A stretch of DNA of 64,000 bases from the human T2T-CHM13v2.0 reference genome, Homo sapiens: NCBI RefSeq assembly GCF_009914755.1, contig NC_060926.1; one strand, written 5' to 3'. Shown here piece after piece: positions 50,839-63,409 of the stretch. Both the position numbers and the translations under genes were made by a program. Position 1 is the stretch's first letter. The number at the start of each line of letters is the position of its first letter. The notes under the pieces are model-generated. The model did not search any database. It worked only from the letters and a program-made list of their open reading frames with translations, and was not told where the DNA came from.

Positions 50839-51186
50839 TGATATGTTGATATGAAAGAAAAGGACTCTGATAAACCCACAGTTTAGCTTCACTGGAGGGA
50901 CTGAGGGGATGGGAGCAGGAAGGCTGGGTTTCAAGTAACCTTGAATAAATACTCTGTATGAATTAATAAAATGGAAATAAAAGTTTCTCACTGTCCACAG
51001 CTTAAAAAGATGAGATGATATATATGTAAATAAAGCAAGACACAAGTGGCAGGGGTTGCAAAATGCCTTGGGGCTTCCTGAAACTGAGAGCATTCCAAAG
51101 CTTTTATTTAGATCCTTAGACATTTAATTAATTTAGCCACTATAGGTATTACATGTCGATAAAAAGATCCTCCTCTTACAGCGTAA

Positions 51187-51685
<499 letters not shown>

Positions 51686-53989
51686 ATTTTTGCTTTTCTT
51701 ACCCACCATAAATCAGTTTCACTAAACTTTGTAGAAGTAATTTATATTTTCAAACTATTTTCTCTTTTACTTGTCACCCCTTCCCTCCTCTGCCCCAATC
51801 CCTTAATGCTAAAGATAATGACACCAGAAAATATTTTTGATCAACTGATCTTCTAAAATGAGACTGGGGCTTTCAAGTAGGGACAGGGGAACCTCAGACC
51901 TCCAGCAAAGAGATGGCTGAGGTCTTAAGCCAATGTACCAGTTTAAATGCACATCGTTTAGGCAGCTTTTCTGCAATAAAAGGAATCTGGTATACTGACC
52001 ATGTAAAATGTACTGAAACTTAGTTGGATAACGATTTCCTTTTCTTAAGCTTCTCTGAAAGGCAGCAAGCAGTTTACGGGCTTGCATTCTGGGACAGCAG
52101 AGTGTGGAACTGAGGACAAGTCACTTCATCTCGCTGAGCTGTGGTGGCTTTATGTGCAAAAATGGAAGTGTCGATCTGTACTCACAGGGTAGCTGTGAGG
52201 ACCAAATGCAGTCACGTATCCAGGAGTCCAGTGCAAAATGCCAGGGACAGTAATGGTTCCACATCACTGTCCCTTTCCTTCCCCTCCCCTTGGGCCAGTG
52301 AATGGAGACTCAAAAGAAATATGTTCATCCCAAGAAGGTTTTGAGTCCAAAGCACAGCTAACTAAAAGGAGAATCCAGTTTAGAATGGAGGCCTCTCTTC
52401 AGACTCCAAACACAGGGATCACATGCCACCTCACCTTTAAGAAAACACTTAGAAAGCCAGTCAATGAACTCCATTCATTACAACACTGGTAGATCTGCCC
52501 TCAGCTTTAATGTTTGCTGGGGATAGAGTAGGTAGAAAAAAACTCTTCAAGAAAAGGAAGATGTTGTATTCTGTGCCCTTTTACTTCTGCAAATGAAACC
52601 TTGATAAGTACAAAATTCAACAAATTCATTTTTCCACTTAAGAATGAAAAGAAACTCAACTTGCAAATACCCAAAAGCCCATCTAGGACAAAACCAACAT
52701 TGTCTTGGTGCTTTGGTTTTAACTATGTGCTCTATCCATGCCTTAGACAACACCTGAGGTGGATGGGAGGGGGCTGGGATGTCATTAGACACAACTGCGC
52801 TGAGTTCCAAGTTCTAAATATCTGTCTTACCAGTAAGTTTTAGAACACAACCCCACTCTGGGAAGCTGTGGACCACATGTGAGCTAAAGCAGTGCTCATG
52901 TCCCTGGCTCTAGGTTCCAGACATTTCATTATCTCAGGACAGAAAATCTAATGACAGGGAGCTCATAAATGAAGGGGGACCTGGTTTGTAAGCCCTGATG
53001 GAGTGTGTTCCTAAGAGTCAATGGCCTAATTACTGGGCTTTTCTAGGGAAAGGAGGTACTATTGTTAATAGGTCCTTGTTTGTAAACAAATGGAATGAAG
53101 GCAATTGATCGCAGACACCAGGGTCTATACAGAATACAAGAAATTAAGTGGTGCTCTTTCTGCAGTGAGTCTGCAAGTGCCCGGAAGCAGCAGGGCTGCT
53201 CCTAAACTTTCTTCCAGGCATTTGGTGTTAGCCTAGAGTAGCACATGGATCCCCCGTGGATTAAAGGACAAAACCAGGAGGGATTCTGGCTTCCATCATC
53301 CCTTTCCCTCTCACCCTCTTCTGATTCTATAAATCACTTCTGGCAGGTAGCTGGGAAGCAGCTGCGAATGACAGGTTTGCTCTGGAGCACAGGAAGCCAC
53401 CTTTTAACCCGCCTGCTGTTGTTTGTCTCTCAAAACGTGACAAAGGAACAGATGTAAGCAACATGCCAACTGTTGAGAGGATCTGCTCGGAGCACTATAG
53501 GAAGTCTGTTGGGAGCTATATCACACCAGCCAATCCAAGGAAGGACAACTGAGTTCATTTCCTGAAACCCCCTCTGCACACTCAGTTCAAGTCAGGTTGG
53601 GTCGGCAATGATCAGGCTATGCACCACGCAAACCCCTGCTTCCACCTTTGCCCCTGTGGCTCCCAGTTCTCAAAGCCCCTTCTTGAACCCCATTCAAATG
53701 CAACTGAGAGGTTCAGTCCAGCCTCACCCCCAGCGAGGACTTTTTTGATCCCATGCCCCTCCCTCATCTCTCAACCAGACTACTTTTCACAGTCTGTAAG
53801 CCTCTCATGGGTCAGTCTCATTTCTGCAAACCATCTTGTGATCTCTTTGAGGGTTGGAGCCATGGCTCACATACCTTTGTATTCCCAAGGTAATGGTTTT
53901 TCAAATCACCAGTTGCAAACCATGAGTACAATGGGAGACAAGTTTAATGGGTTGCACCCAATATATTAAAATATAAAATAAAAACCAGC

Positions 53990-54650
53990 TTACAAAAGAC
54001 ACTCCTGGGACAACTGGGGAACTATGAAGTGGATATTAGATGACATTATGAAATTCTTATTAATTTTCTAAGGGATCGTAATGGTGGTGTGTTTACACAG
54101 GAAAATGCCTTATTTCTTTTAAAAATTATTTTTATTAGACTTTTTTTTTGGAGCAGTTTTAGTTTCACAGCAAAACCGAGTGGAAAGTAGAGATTTCCCC
54201 TGTCCCCACACATGCAAAGTCCCCCATTATCAACATCCCCACCACGGTGGTACATTTGTGACAATCGATGAAGTACACTGACACATCACTATCACCCAAA
54301 GGCTACGGTTTACATTAGGATTCAGGTGTTATACATGCTACAGGTTTGGACAAATGCATAATGACATGCATCTGCCATTACGGTGACATACAGAGTAGTG
54401 TCACTGCCCTTAAATTCCTTTGTGAACCTCAGGGGACACATGCTAAAGTACGAGAGGTGACTTACTTTCAAATGGATCAACAACAAAAATATCTGTGTGT
54501 GTATAAGCTCACACGCTTGCACAGATCAAGCAAATGTGCCCAAATGTTACAACAGCTGAATGTTAGGTGTACGGTATGCAGGCATTCACTGTACTATTCT
54601 TTACATTTTTCTGTGTGCTTGAAAAGTTTTATAATAAAAAATGGAAGAAA
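53990..54650. mobile_element. Nested old L1 fragments (L1MC/MD-type minus-strand piece ~54125-54420 inside an L1ME-type piece)
   Basis: GAGCAGTTTTAGTTTCACAGCAAAA...GGTGGTACATTTGTGACAATCGATGAA...GGTTTGGACAAATG. Confidence 0.65.
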
Positions 54651-54788
54651 ATGAAACAGAAAAAAAATCAGAATGCAGAGGATGAAATATGATTTGCTTT
54701 AGGTTTCTATTGACATATGTGTCCTGGGTCACAACATACATATATTTCTTATTGTGGGTCAAGGCCCAGAATTTGAAAATGCTGTCCA

Positions 54789-54945
54789 GGCTGGGCGTGG
54801 TGGCTAAAGCCTATAAACCTATAATCCCAGCACTTTGAGAAGCTGAAGTTGGAGGACTGCTTGAGCCCAGGAGTTCAAAACCAGCCTAGGCAATACAGCG
54901 AAACCCCATCTTTGAAAATAAATAAATAAATAAAAAGGAAAGAAA
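54789..54945 (+). mobile_element. FLAM Alu monomer
   Basis: TSD GAAAATGCTGTCC. Confidence 0.85.
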
Positions 54946-55262
54946 GAAAATGCTGTCCCGCGTAACTTGCTGCTCTAAGCACACAGCAGGCAGGCAATGA
55001 ACTATTTGTTAATTAACTTCTAGAAGCACAGGATTTAACTGAAGCAGCAAGCTGAGAAATCATTTTGTTTCCAGTTACATCCCATTAACTCAAGCTGTGT
55101 CAAAACAGCTAAAAACCCTTTCCTGCGTTAGCACACTTGGGCCTAACCTTAAGTCAGCCTGCAGGCCTTTCTTATCAGATGTTTAATTACTCATCAGGAA
55201 AGATACTGCTGGCTTTCCCCCCTGATGCCAGGGAGGGAAGCGTGTTCACAGAAGACTCCAAA

Positions 55263-55375
55263 TAGGGCAAGCGATTGTCCTGGCTTGCCTGGGATTGAGG
55301 TGTTTCCCAGGACTAGGGACATTTTGTGCTAAAACCAGGACAGACTTGGGCAAACCAGGGCAGCTGGTCATCCTA
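55263..55375. mobile_element. MER81-like hAT-Blackjack MITE
   Basis: TAGGG...GTCCTGGCTTGCCTGGGA...GGGCAAACCAGGG...GGTCATCCTA inverted ends. Confidence 0.7.
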
Positions 55376-55649
55376 AATCTGAGCAAAGACTTTAAGACAA
55401 CCTTGGACAGACCTGGGAGAGCTGACACTGCTGTGCTGTGTGGCAGATGTGCAGTGTTGCTCACTGCAGCGTGAGCAACAGGGACAAACCCAGCCTGAGA
55501 AAAATTGTAGTAAGACAGAGATCGCTCTGATGCCATCCAAACAGCAACAGCAAACACTGCATTGCAAAGTGTGCCTCATGCCCTTAAACAAAACCTTTCT
55601 CTGATTATTCAACAACTAATCTGGAAAGCAAAGGACAAAGGAAACTTAC

Positions 55650-55714
55650 TGTAAAAACGTCATCATCGCCAAGCTCAGCTTCATTATGGATGGTGGAAGA
55701 TGACGTTGTTGAAC
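55650..55714 (-). CDS. SPRED2: SPRED2 coding exon 4 (65 nt)
   Basis: Acceptor TTTTTAG|GT, donor ACA|GTAAGT. Completes the split Gly codon from exon 3 and reads GSTTSSSTIHNEAELGDDDVFT. Too short for the ORF track. Confidence 0.95.
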
Positions 55715-56648
55715 CTAAAAAGACAAAAATGTAATAAAAAGTGTTTCCCAAGAGGATACATCAAATCCAACCGTTTAAAAAAGTATATTTTAATAAAACC
55801 ACATTCCATTCTTTTTGCATGTGAATTACCAACAGAAACAAGTTACCTGGGAATTGAGTGCTTTTAATTTACTCTTCTTTAATTGATTCTTGCCAGGATG
55901 CTCCCTAAATTAACTTTGCCTGCTGTTGTTCCCAATTAATCTCTCAAACTTCTGCACTCGCTGCTAGAGAATAAGCACACAGAAAGGCACTGTGGAGGAG
56001 GTGAGGGGAGAGGCTGCCCACTCCTCTGAGGGACATGCATCGAGCCCAGCCTCTGTAGTGACCTTGAGGTCCCAGCCGTGTAGTGGGAAAAGCACTGGAC
56101 GGGGAACCCCTAAGTGAGACCTGCCACAATCTACTGTGTAAACTGGATTTAGCTCCTCTGGTCTTTTCACCTACCAATGAAGGCATTTTAGCTCAATAGC
56201 TTGTATGGTTGTGTCCAGTTCTGAATTCAGATGTTGTATTTCTAAATCCCAAATTGTGGGCTCCCTTCTAAGGGGACACCTGTGCAAGGGGGTTTCCTCT
56301 TGCAATACCAAGGCATCAGTGAGTTTGCTTTGTTTTTCCAAGTCAAAATTACAGCTCTTGTTAGAAAACCCTCCTTATTCCATCATGGAACCAATTGGAT
56401 TTTAGAGTTCAATGTAATTACTTGTTCACCTTTTTCTTCATTCTGGTATGCGAATCAGGTACAACTGCCCTACTTCCCCCCACCACCCTGAATAGCAGAC
56501 AATAATGCATGGATCAACTTAATTGGCCAAAAGAAAGACATATTTAAAATTGCATCAGTGACAGATATACCAAAAGGGAAATTTATTCTCTATCTTTTCC
56601 TTTTCTTGGTTAGATCTTTTAAAATATGCATTTAGAAAATATTTTGCT

Positions 56649-57008
<360 letters not shown>

Positions 57009-58267
57009 TTAAATTTCCAACGAGAGACTGCAGGAGAAAAAACAACAGTCCCATAGTATGTTCTGTGCAACTCCTACTGGTCTTTCGGGAGCTGTCTCTA
57101 CTCTGAATTACTCCAATCAACCAATGTTCTAGGAAAACTGGTGGAAAAAAAAGCTAGATAGTATGTATATAGAGAAAAAAATTACAAGTAGGAGAATGAA
57201 ATGTTGTGCAATTAAGTACATGGACACAATGCGAACGTCTATCAATAATATAGGAGCTGTTTTTTCTCTAAACATGAAAAAGCTGTGTTTAATAACATTT
57301 TAAATATTTGCCACTTATGTCAGAACTATGATTTGAACACTGGTTTTTATTATCTCTTTTTGGCTATCTCATACTTGTTTATGGATTCATGTTCTAGCTA
57401 GTCTTGTCTTACTACTGATTATAATGTTAAGTAATTTGTCTTTTAAGACTTGCTTTTTTTCCTCTTCCCCCAAATCCACAATGAAGAAAATGACTTCAGA
57501 ACACTTTTATTTCTTAAGCAAATGAAACATACATCCTTTTGTGATTAATTTCCCCAAGATCTGAATTTGGTATTAACATGCCTTGCTTGATATTTCTTTC
57601 TTCACAGGGCCCTGTCTATGGCTTCTTTAACCCTCTGATTTGATACCTGGATGTGCTGCAGTGGAGAATTTTTGTGTTTGCATCTGTGGACTCTAGTCAA
57701 GCCCACCATGAGAACTGACTGCCCAAGGGCCCTCCAGGCCACGATCAGATGTAACACAATGCCTACTACTCACTTACCCATAGACCAAGGCCTAAACCGA
57801 ACCAGGGCTCCAGAGGTCACAGATCCCTTTCCTTTTCAGTGGCAGCTGTACACCCTGGGCCTCTGATTACAGGAGGACAGTGGGTAGGCCAGGAGCCTTC
57901 TGGGCCCGCCAGAATCCATTCTCTACTTCTGAGCCAAGACAGACCAGACCAAAGCCATTTCAATAGTCAGGACAAGGTGAAAGCAGTCAAAAATACATGC
58001 ACATGGAAATCCAGAACCTGCCTGTTTTTTCACAGCAGAGTCTAAAAATCAATTGGGATTACTCCTTACTCTGAAACCCATCTCCTTTTCCCTGAATTGT
58101 CACTTTAATTACTCTCCTTGGAAATTCCAAAAGTTTTGGCATCTACTGACCTGGTCCCAAACCCTCCCGCAAATAAACCACAAATAAATGATGGCAGACT
58201 ATTGGAATTAAAAATAATTTGGAACATTTCCATAGTCCCACTAAGAATGCAGCGACAAGTTCAATAC

Positions 58268-58436
58268 CTTCTATAAGGTCTTCGATTGCTTTCCTTACTC
58301 CCCTGTCAAAGGCTCGGGCATCAGCAGGGCTTTGGAAAGTAAGTCCAAACTTCCTATTATCGACCTTCCAGTGATGAAACGTTGGATTGGCTTTGGTGTA
58401 GACCAAGTCCTTTCTTACATAGCATTCCAATACCAC
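58268..58436 (-). CDS. SPRED2: SPRED2 coding exon (exon 3 of the canonical transcript, 169 nt); C-terminal half of the EVH1 domain
   Basis: Translates [57 protein letters not shown], matching SPRED EVH1. Acceptor TTCAG|GTG at 58437-8, donor GAAG|GTATTG at 58266-7. Confidence 0.97.
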
Positions 58437-59710
58437 CTGAAGGATGGAAACACACAGGCTGGTTACTAGTGGAACAGCCATGATGATGTCTGGTTACAGA
58501 AGTCTAATTAGGAACCATCACTGGTGGCAACTACCAAAACCCCTCTAACCCCTGCCTTCACATATCTGTGAGTCTCTCCAATGGGAAAGGAGGCTTTGCT
58601 TGGCTGCTGACCATCCGATCTTCGCTGCTCCCCACTGTCCTGGTTGTACCCCTTCACTACACTCTCTTCATCACGGTTATTCCTCTTCCTCCTGGCTGCA
58701 GGGCACTAAGTTGATGCTCAGGTCTTGGGTCTTGGCTGTATTTCAGATTACTGCTTTTATGTTGGGGTTTTTATATTGATGGTCATCTAGCTTCCCTCCC
58801 CCGAGGCTCCAAATTCCAAAAGTTGAAAAATTAACTTTACTCTAAAATTTCTCCTCTCCCAACTTCTGGCAATACCAATCCCTCTCCACTCTTTTTCTCT
58901 GGCTCATCATCTCTGTGGTCATCTTTGCCTCCTCTGCCTATCTCCTGTATTATTAATCACCAGGTCCATTTCATTTTTCCTTCAACAGCTTTTATATCAA
59001 CCCCATTTCAGTTGCTGCCACCCTGATCTGGGTCTCTATTAACTTTATGTTTGGATTAATAGAACAATATTCAAGTTTCTAGCAATTTAATCTCAGAACT
59101 GGCTTTTACTGAGTTGTAATGAGTAGATTGATCTTTTTATCTCTAAGATGGAAAGAACACCAATGTTATCAATGAGAACAAGAACATGCTCTGAAAACAC
59201 TGAATAAATGAGAAACCTAATTCACATTCATTGTCCAGTATATCTTCCCTGTCAAGTTTTATATGTACTCCAATTCTCCTTCTTGTCATCTTCACAATTT
59301 AGTACCTGATTTCAAACTATTCTTTAACAGTTTCATGTGTATTAGTCTTGTTCCCCTAACTAGACTACAAAAAGTCAAGATTATAAAATAACCCCGTCTA
59401 GCACAGTTGATAGAGATACTAGAATTTATTTAATATTATAGAAAAGAAACATTGCAATAATTTGAACGTAAACTTCATTCTTTATTCATTAAAAAACTCA
59501 GACTACTTACAATATTTATTCCTATGGCTTCATTACAAACACCATAATGATTTTGCTAAGTTTTAATAGCCCAATCTTGTTCTGGCAAAGATCTGCATTT
59601 ACCGCAATGTGATCTTATTAATTTAGACTAAATGAAGGACAAGAGTAAAGACCTGCCTAAATTAGTATACAGATAAATTAGAGAATATCTTTAAATAAGT
59701 ATAAATTCTA

Positions 59711-60030
<320 letters not shown>

Positions 60031-60489
60031 AAAACAAACGAGAAATAAATTAAGGGTTGTCTAATGAATGTTCCCTAACTTAATAAAAAAATGAGAATAA
60101 TATTCAAATTGGTATATCAAATAGTAGTCCCAAGCAGTTAACTTTATTACATTGTATTGAGATCGGACAACAGTTCCCTCCCATAATTCTATTTATGATT
60201 AAATTGCTTATTATAGCCATTTCCCCCTAAGAATAGCACAATGATTAAATGTCAGCCCAGCCCCATTCCACATTGGGGAAATCCAAATAATCAAGAATTT
60301 AACAAATGTTATCTATTTTAGAATTTAATAGTCTCAATTCAAAGTCTCAAAATAAACTTTTTGTATTCTAAAAACAAAGACTCCTAGTTTCTCCATATTT
60401 TGGGGGTGAAAAAATTAGTCTTTGGTTGATATTTTCCAACTTTGAAATTATTCCAAAGGTACATTTTCTTAGAAAAGTTTAAGTAAAAT

Positions 60490-60814
<325 letters not shown>

Positions 60815-61548
60815 TTAAGTGAGGGGGGAAATCAGATACCATCTCTTTATGTCCTCTAAAGCAAAATAGTATCATATGTATCTAAGTTTAAAGACAAAAA
60901 TGAAAAGGTTTTAGATGCTTTAATCTTCCCAACAGATATAAACTCTCTGGTGAAGTTTTGGCACGCACACAATTAGACACTAACTTAAAACTTGAGAAAG
61001 GCTTTAAAAAATACCCGTTTAAATAAGATGCATACGGAGAAAAAAAGTGATTATGTTCTTGTTCGAGACTTGAAAAAAAAAACTACACAAGAAATACATG
61101 TTGTGGGAGATTTAAGTATTAGCTGAAGACATGAGGACTCCATTCCTACTCATCTCTCCCCTCCACCGTCAACATCCCTCTCTGTCGAGTTCCCCACTGT
61201 CAGTAGAGCGGGCACAATCCCAGTTTCCATTTTGTGGCTTCTTTACATATACACAGGTAAGTTTCTGTGTAAGGGCAACTGTGTTTAAATGTAGCCACAC
61301 CTATAAGTTGTTTTTAACTTGCTTTTTATTTTCCTTAAAAATATGTCATAGAGATACAGGAAGGTAAAATAATTGTTTAATTCATCTGTATGGATGTATT
61401 AGATTTATTCAACCATTCTCCATACTAACGGACATTTATGTCAGTAAGAATTGGTCACCTTGAAGGCAATGCTGCAATTTACATCCTTATCTATATTTGA
61501 AGTATAAATTAGAATTCTAGACAGCTTCCTGGTACTTAAAGACTTTTC

Positions 61549-61678
61549 TAATGAGTCAGTGGCAATATTAAAAAATGTAGTTTTTTTGATATTAATGAGT
61601 CAGTGGCGATATTAAGAAATGTAGTTTTTTTATATTAATGAGTTAGTGGCAATACTAAGAAATGTAGTTTTTTGATAT
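61549..61678 (+). repeat. Tandem triplication of a 43-44 bp unit
   Basis: TAATGAGT(C/T)AGTGGC(A/G)ATA(T/C)TAA(A/G)AAATGTAGTTTTTT(G)ATAT starting at 61549, 61593 and 61636. Confidence 0.9.
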
Positions 61679-61802
61679 TATAGAATAAAATGTATCAACA
61701 TTTGGAAGATCTGCTTAACTCAGTGGAGCACTATTTTTCAGGTGACCAGTGCATGATGTTACAAAATCAGGGATGAGTAAGAGATCTATTGAAAGTGAAA
61801 GA

Positions 61803-63409
61803 GTCCCTCTCCCTCTCCCGTCTCCCTCTCCCGTCTCCCGTCTCCCTCTCCCTCTCCCGTCTCCCTCTCCCTCTCCCGTCTCCCTCTCCCTCTCCCGTCT
61901 CCCTCTCCCGTCTCCCTCTCCCTCTCCCGTCTCCCTCTCCCTCTCCCGTCTCCCTCTCCCTCTCCCGTCTCCCTCTCCCTCTCCTTTCCACGGTCTCCCT
62001 CTCATGCCGGGCCAAAGCTGGACTGTACTGCTGCCATCTCGGCTCGCTGCAGCCTCCCTGCCTGATTCTCCTGCCTCAGCCTGCCGAGTGCCTGCGATTG
62101 CAGGCGCGCGCCGCCACGCCTGACTGGTTTTTGTGTTTTTTTGGTGGGGACGGGGTTTCGCTGTGTTGGCCGGACTGGTCTCCAGCTCCTAGCCGCGAGT
62201 GATCCGCCAGCCTCGGCCTCCCGAGGTGCCGGGATTGCAGACGGAGTCTCATTCACTCAGTGCTCAATGGTGCCCAGGCTGGAGTGCAGTGGCGTGATCT
62301 CGGCTCGCTACGGCCTCCACCTCCCAGCCGCCTGCCTTGGCCCCCCAAAGTGCGGAGATTGCAGCCTCTGCCCGGCCGCCACCCCGTCTGGGAAGTGAGG
62401 AGCGTCTCTGCCTGGCTGCCCATCGTCTGGGATGTGAGGAGCCCCTCTGCCTGGCTGCCCAGTCTGGAAAGTGAGGAGCGTCTCTGCCCGGCCGCCATCC
62501 CACCTGGGAAGTGAGGAGCGCCTCCTCCCGGCCGCCATCCCATCTAGGAAGTGAGGAGCGTCTCTGCCCGGCAGCCCATCGTCTGAGATGTGGGGAGCGC
62601 CTCTGCCCCGCCGCCCCGTCCGGGAGGTGAGGGGCGCCTCTGCCCGGCGGCCCCTACTGGGAAGTGAGGAGCCCCTCTGGCCGGCCAGCCGCCCCGTCCG
62701 GGAGGGAGGTGGGGGGCTCAGCCCCCCGCCGGGCCAGCCGCTCCGTCCGGGAGGGAGGTTGGGGGGGGGTCAGCGCCCCCTCCCGGCCAGCCGCCCGGTC
62801 CAGGAGCTGAGGGGCGCCTCTGCCCGGCCGCCCCTACTGGGAGGTGGGGAGCCCCTCTGCCCAGCCACCACCCCGTCTGGGAGGTGTGCCCAACAGCTCA
62901 TTGAGAATGGGCCATGATGACGATGGCGGTTTTCTGGAATGGAAGGGGGGGCAGGGTGGGGAAAGGATTGAGAAATCGGATGGTTGCCGTGTCTGTGTAG
63001 AAAGAAGTAGACATGGGCGACTTTTCATTTTGTTTTGTACCAAGAAAAATTCTTCTGCCTTGGGATCCTGTTGATCTATGACCTTACCCCCAACCCTGTG
63101 CTCTCTGAAACATGTGCTGTGTCCACTCAGGGTTAAATGGATTAAGGGCGGTGCAAGATGTGCTTTGTTAAACAGATGCTTGAAGGCAGCATGCTCGTTA
63201 AGAGTCATCACCACTCCCTAATCTCAAGTACCCAGGGACACAAACACTCTGCCTAGGAAAACCAGAGACCTTTGTTCACTTGTTTGTCTGCTGACCTTCC
63301 CTCCACTAGTGTCCTATGACCCTGCCAAATCCCCCTCTGTGAGAAACACCCAAGAATGATCAATAAAAAATAAAATAAAATTAAAAAAAAATCCTAAAAA
63401 AAAAAAAAA
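61803..63409 (+). mobile_element. Full-length SVA retrotransposon (SVA_D-like), antisense to SPRED2
   Basis: (CCCTCT/CCCGTCT)n head 61803-61983, antisense Alu-like domain, GC-rich VNTR ~62370-62880, SINE-R, AATAAA 63362-63367 and A-tail. TSD GAAAGTGAAAGA at 61791-61802 and 63410-63421, at a TT/GAAA L1-endonuclease-like site. Confidence 0.97.

Noticed and set aside
58437-58481. In-frame upstream Met ([15 protein letters not shown]) in ORF 58143..58481
   Set aside because: This is the intronic acceptor region; the true N-terminus comes from exons outside the window
61715-63214. Multiple ORFs across the SVA
   Set aside because: Stop-poor hexamer/VNTR sequence; SVA is non-coding
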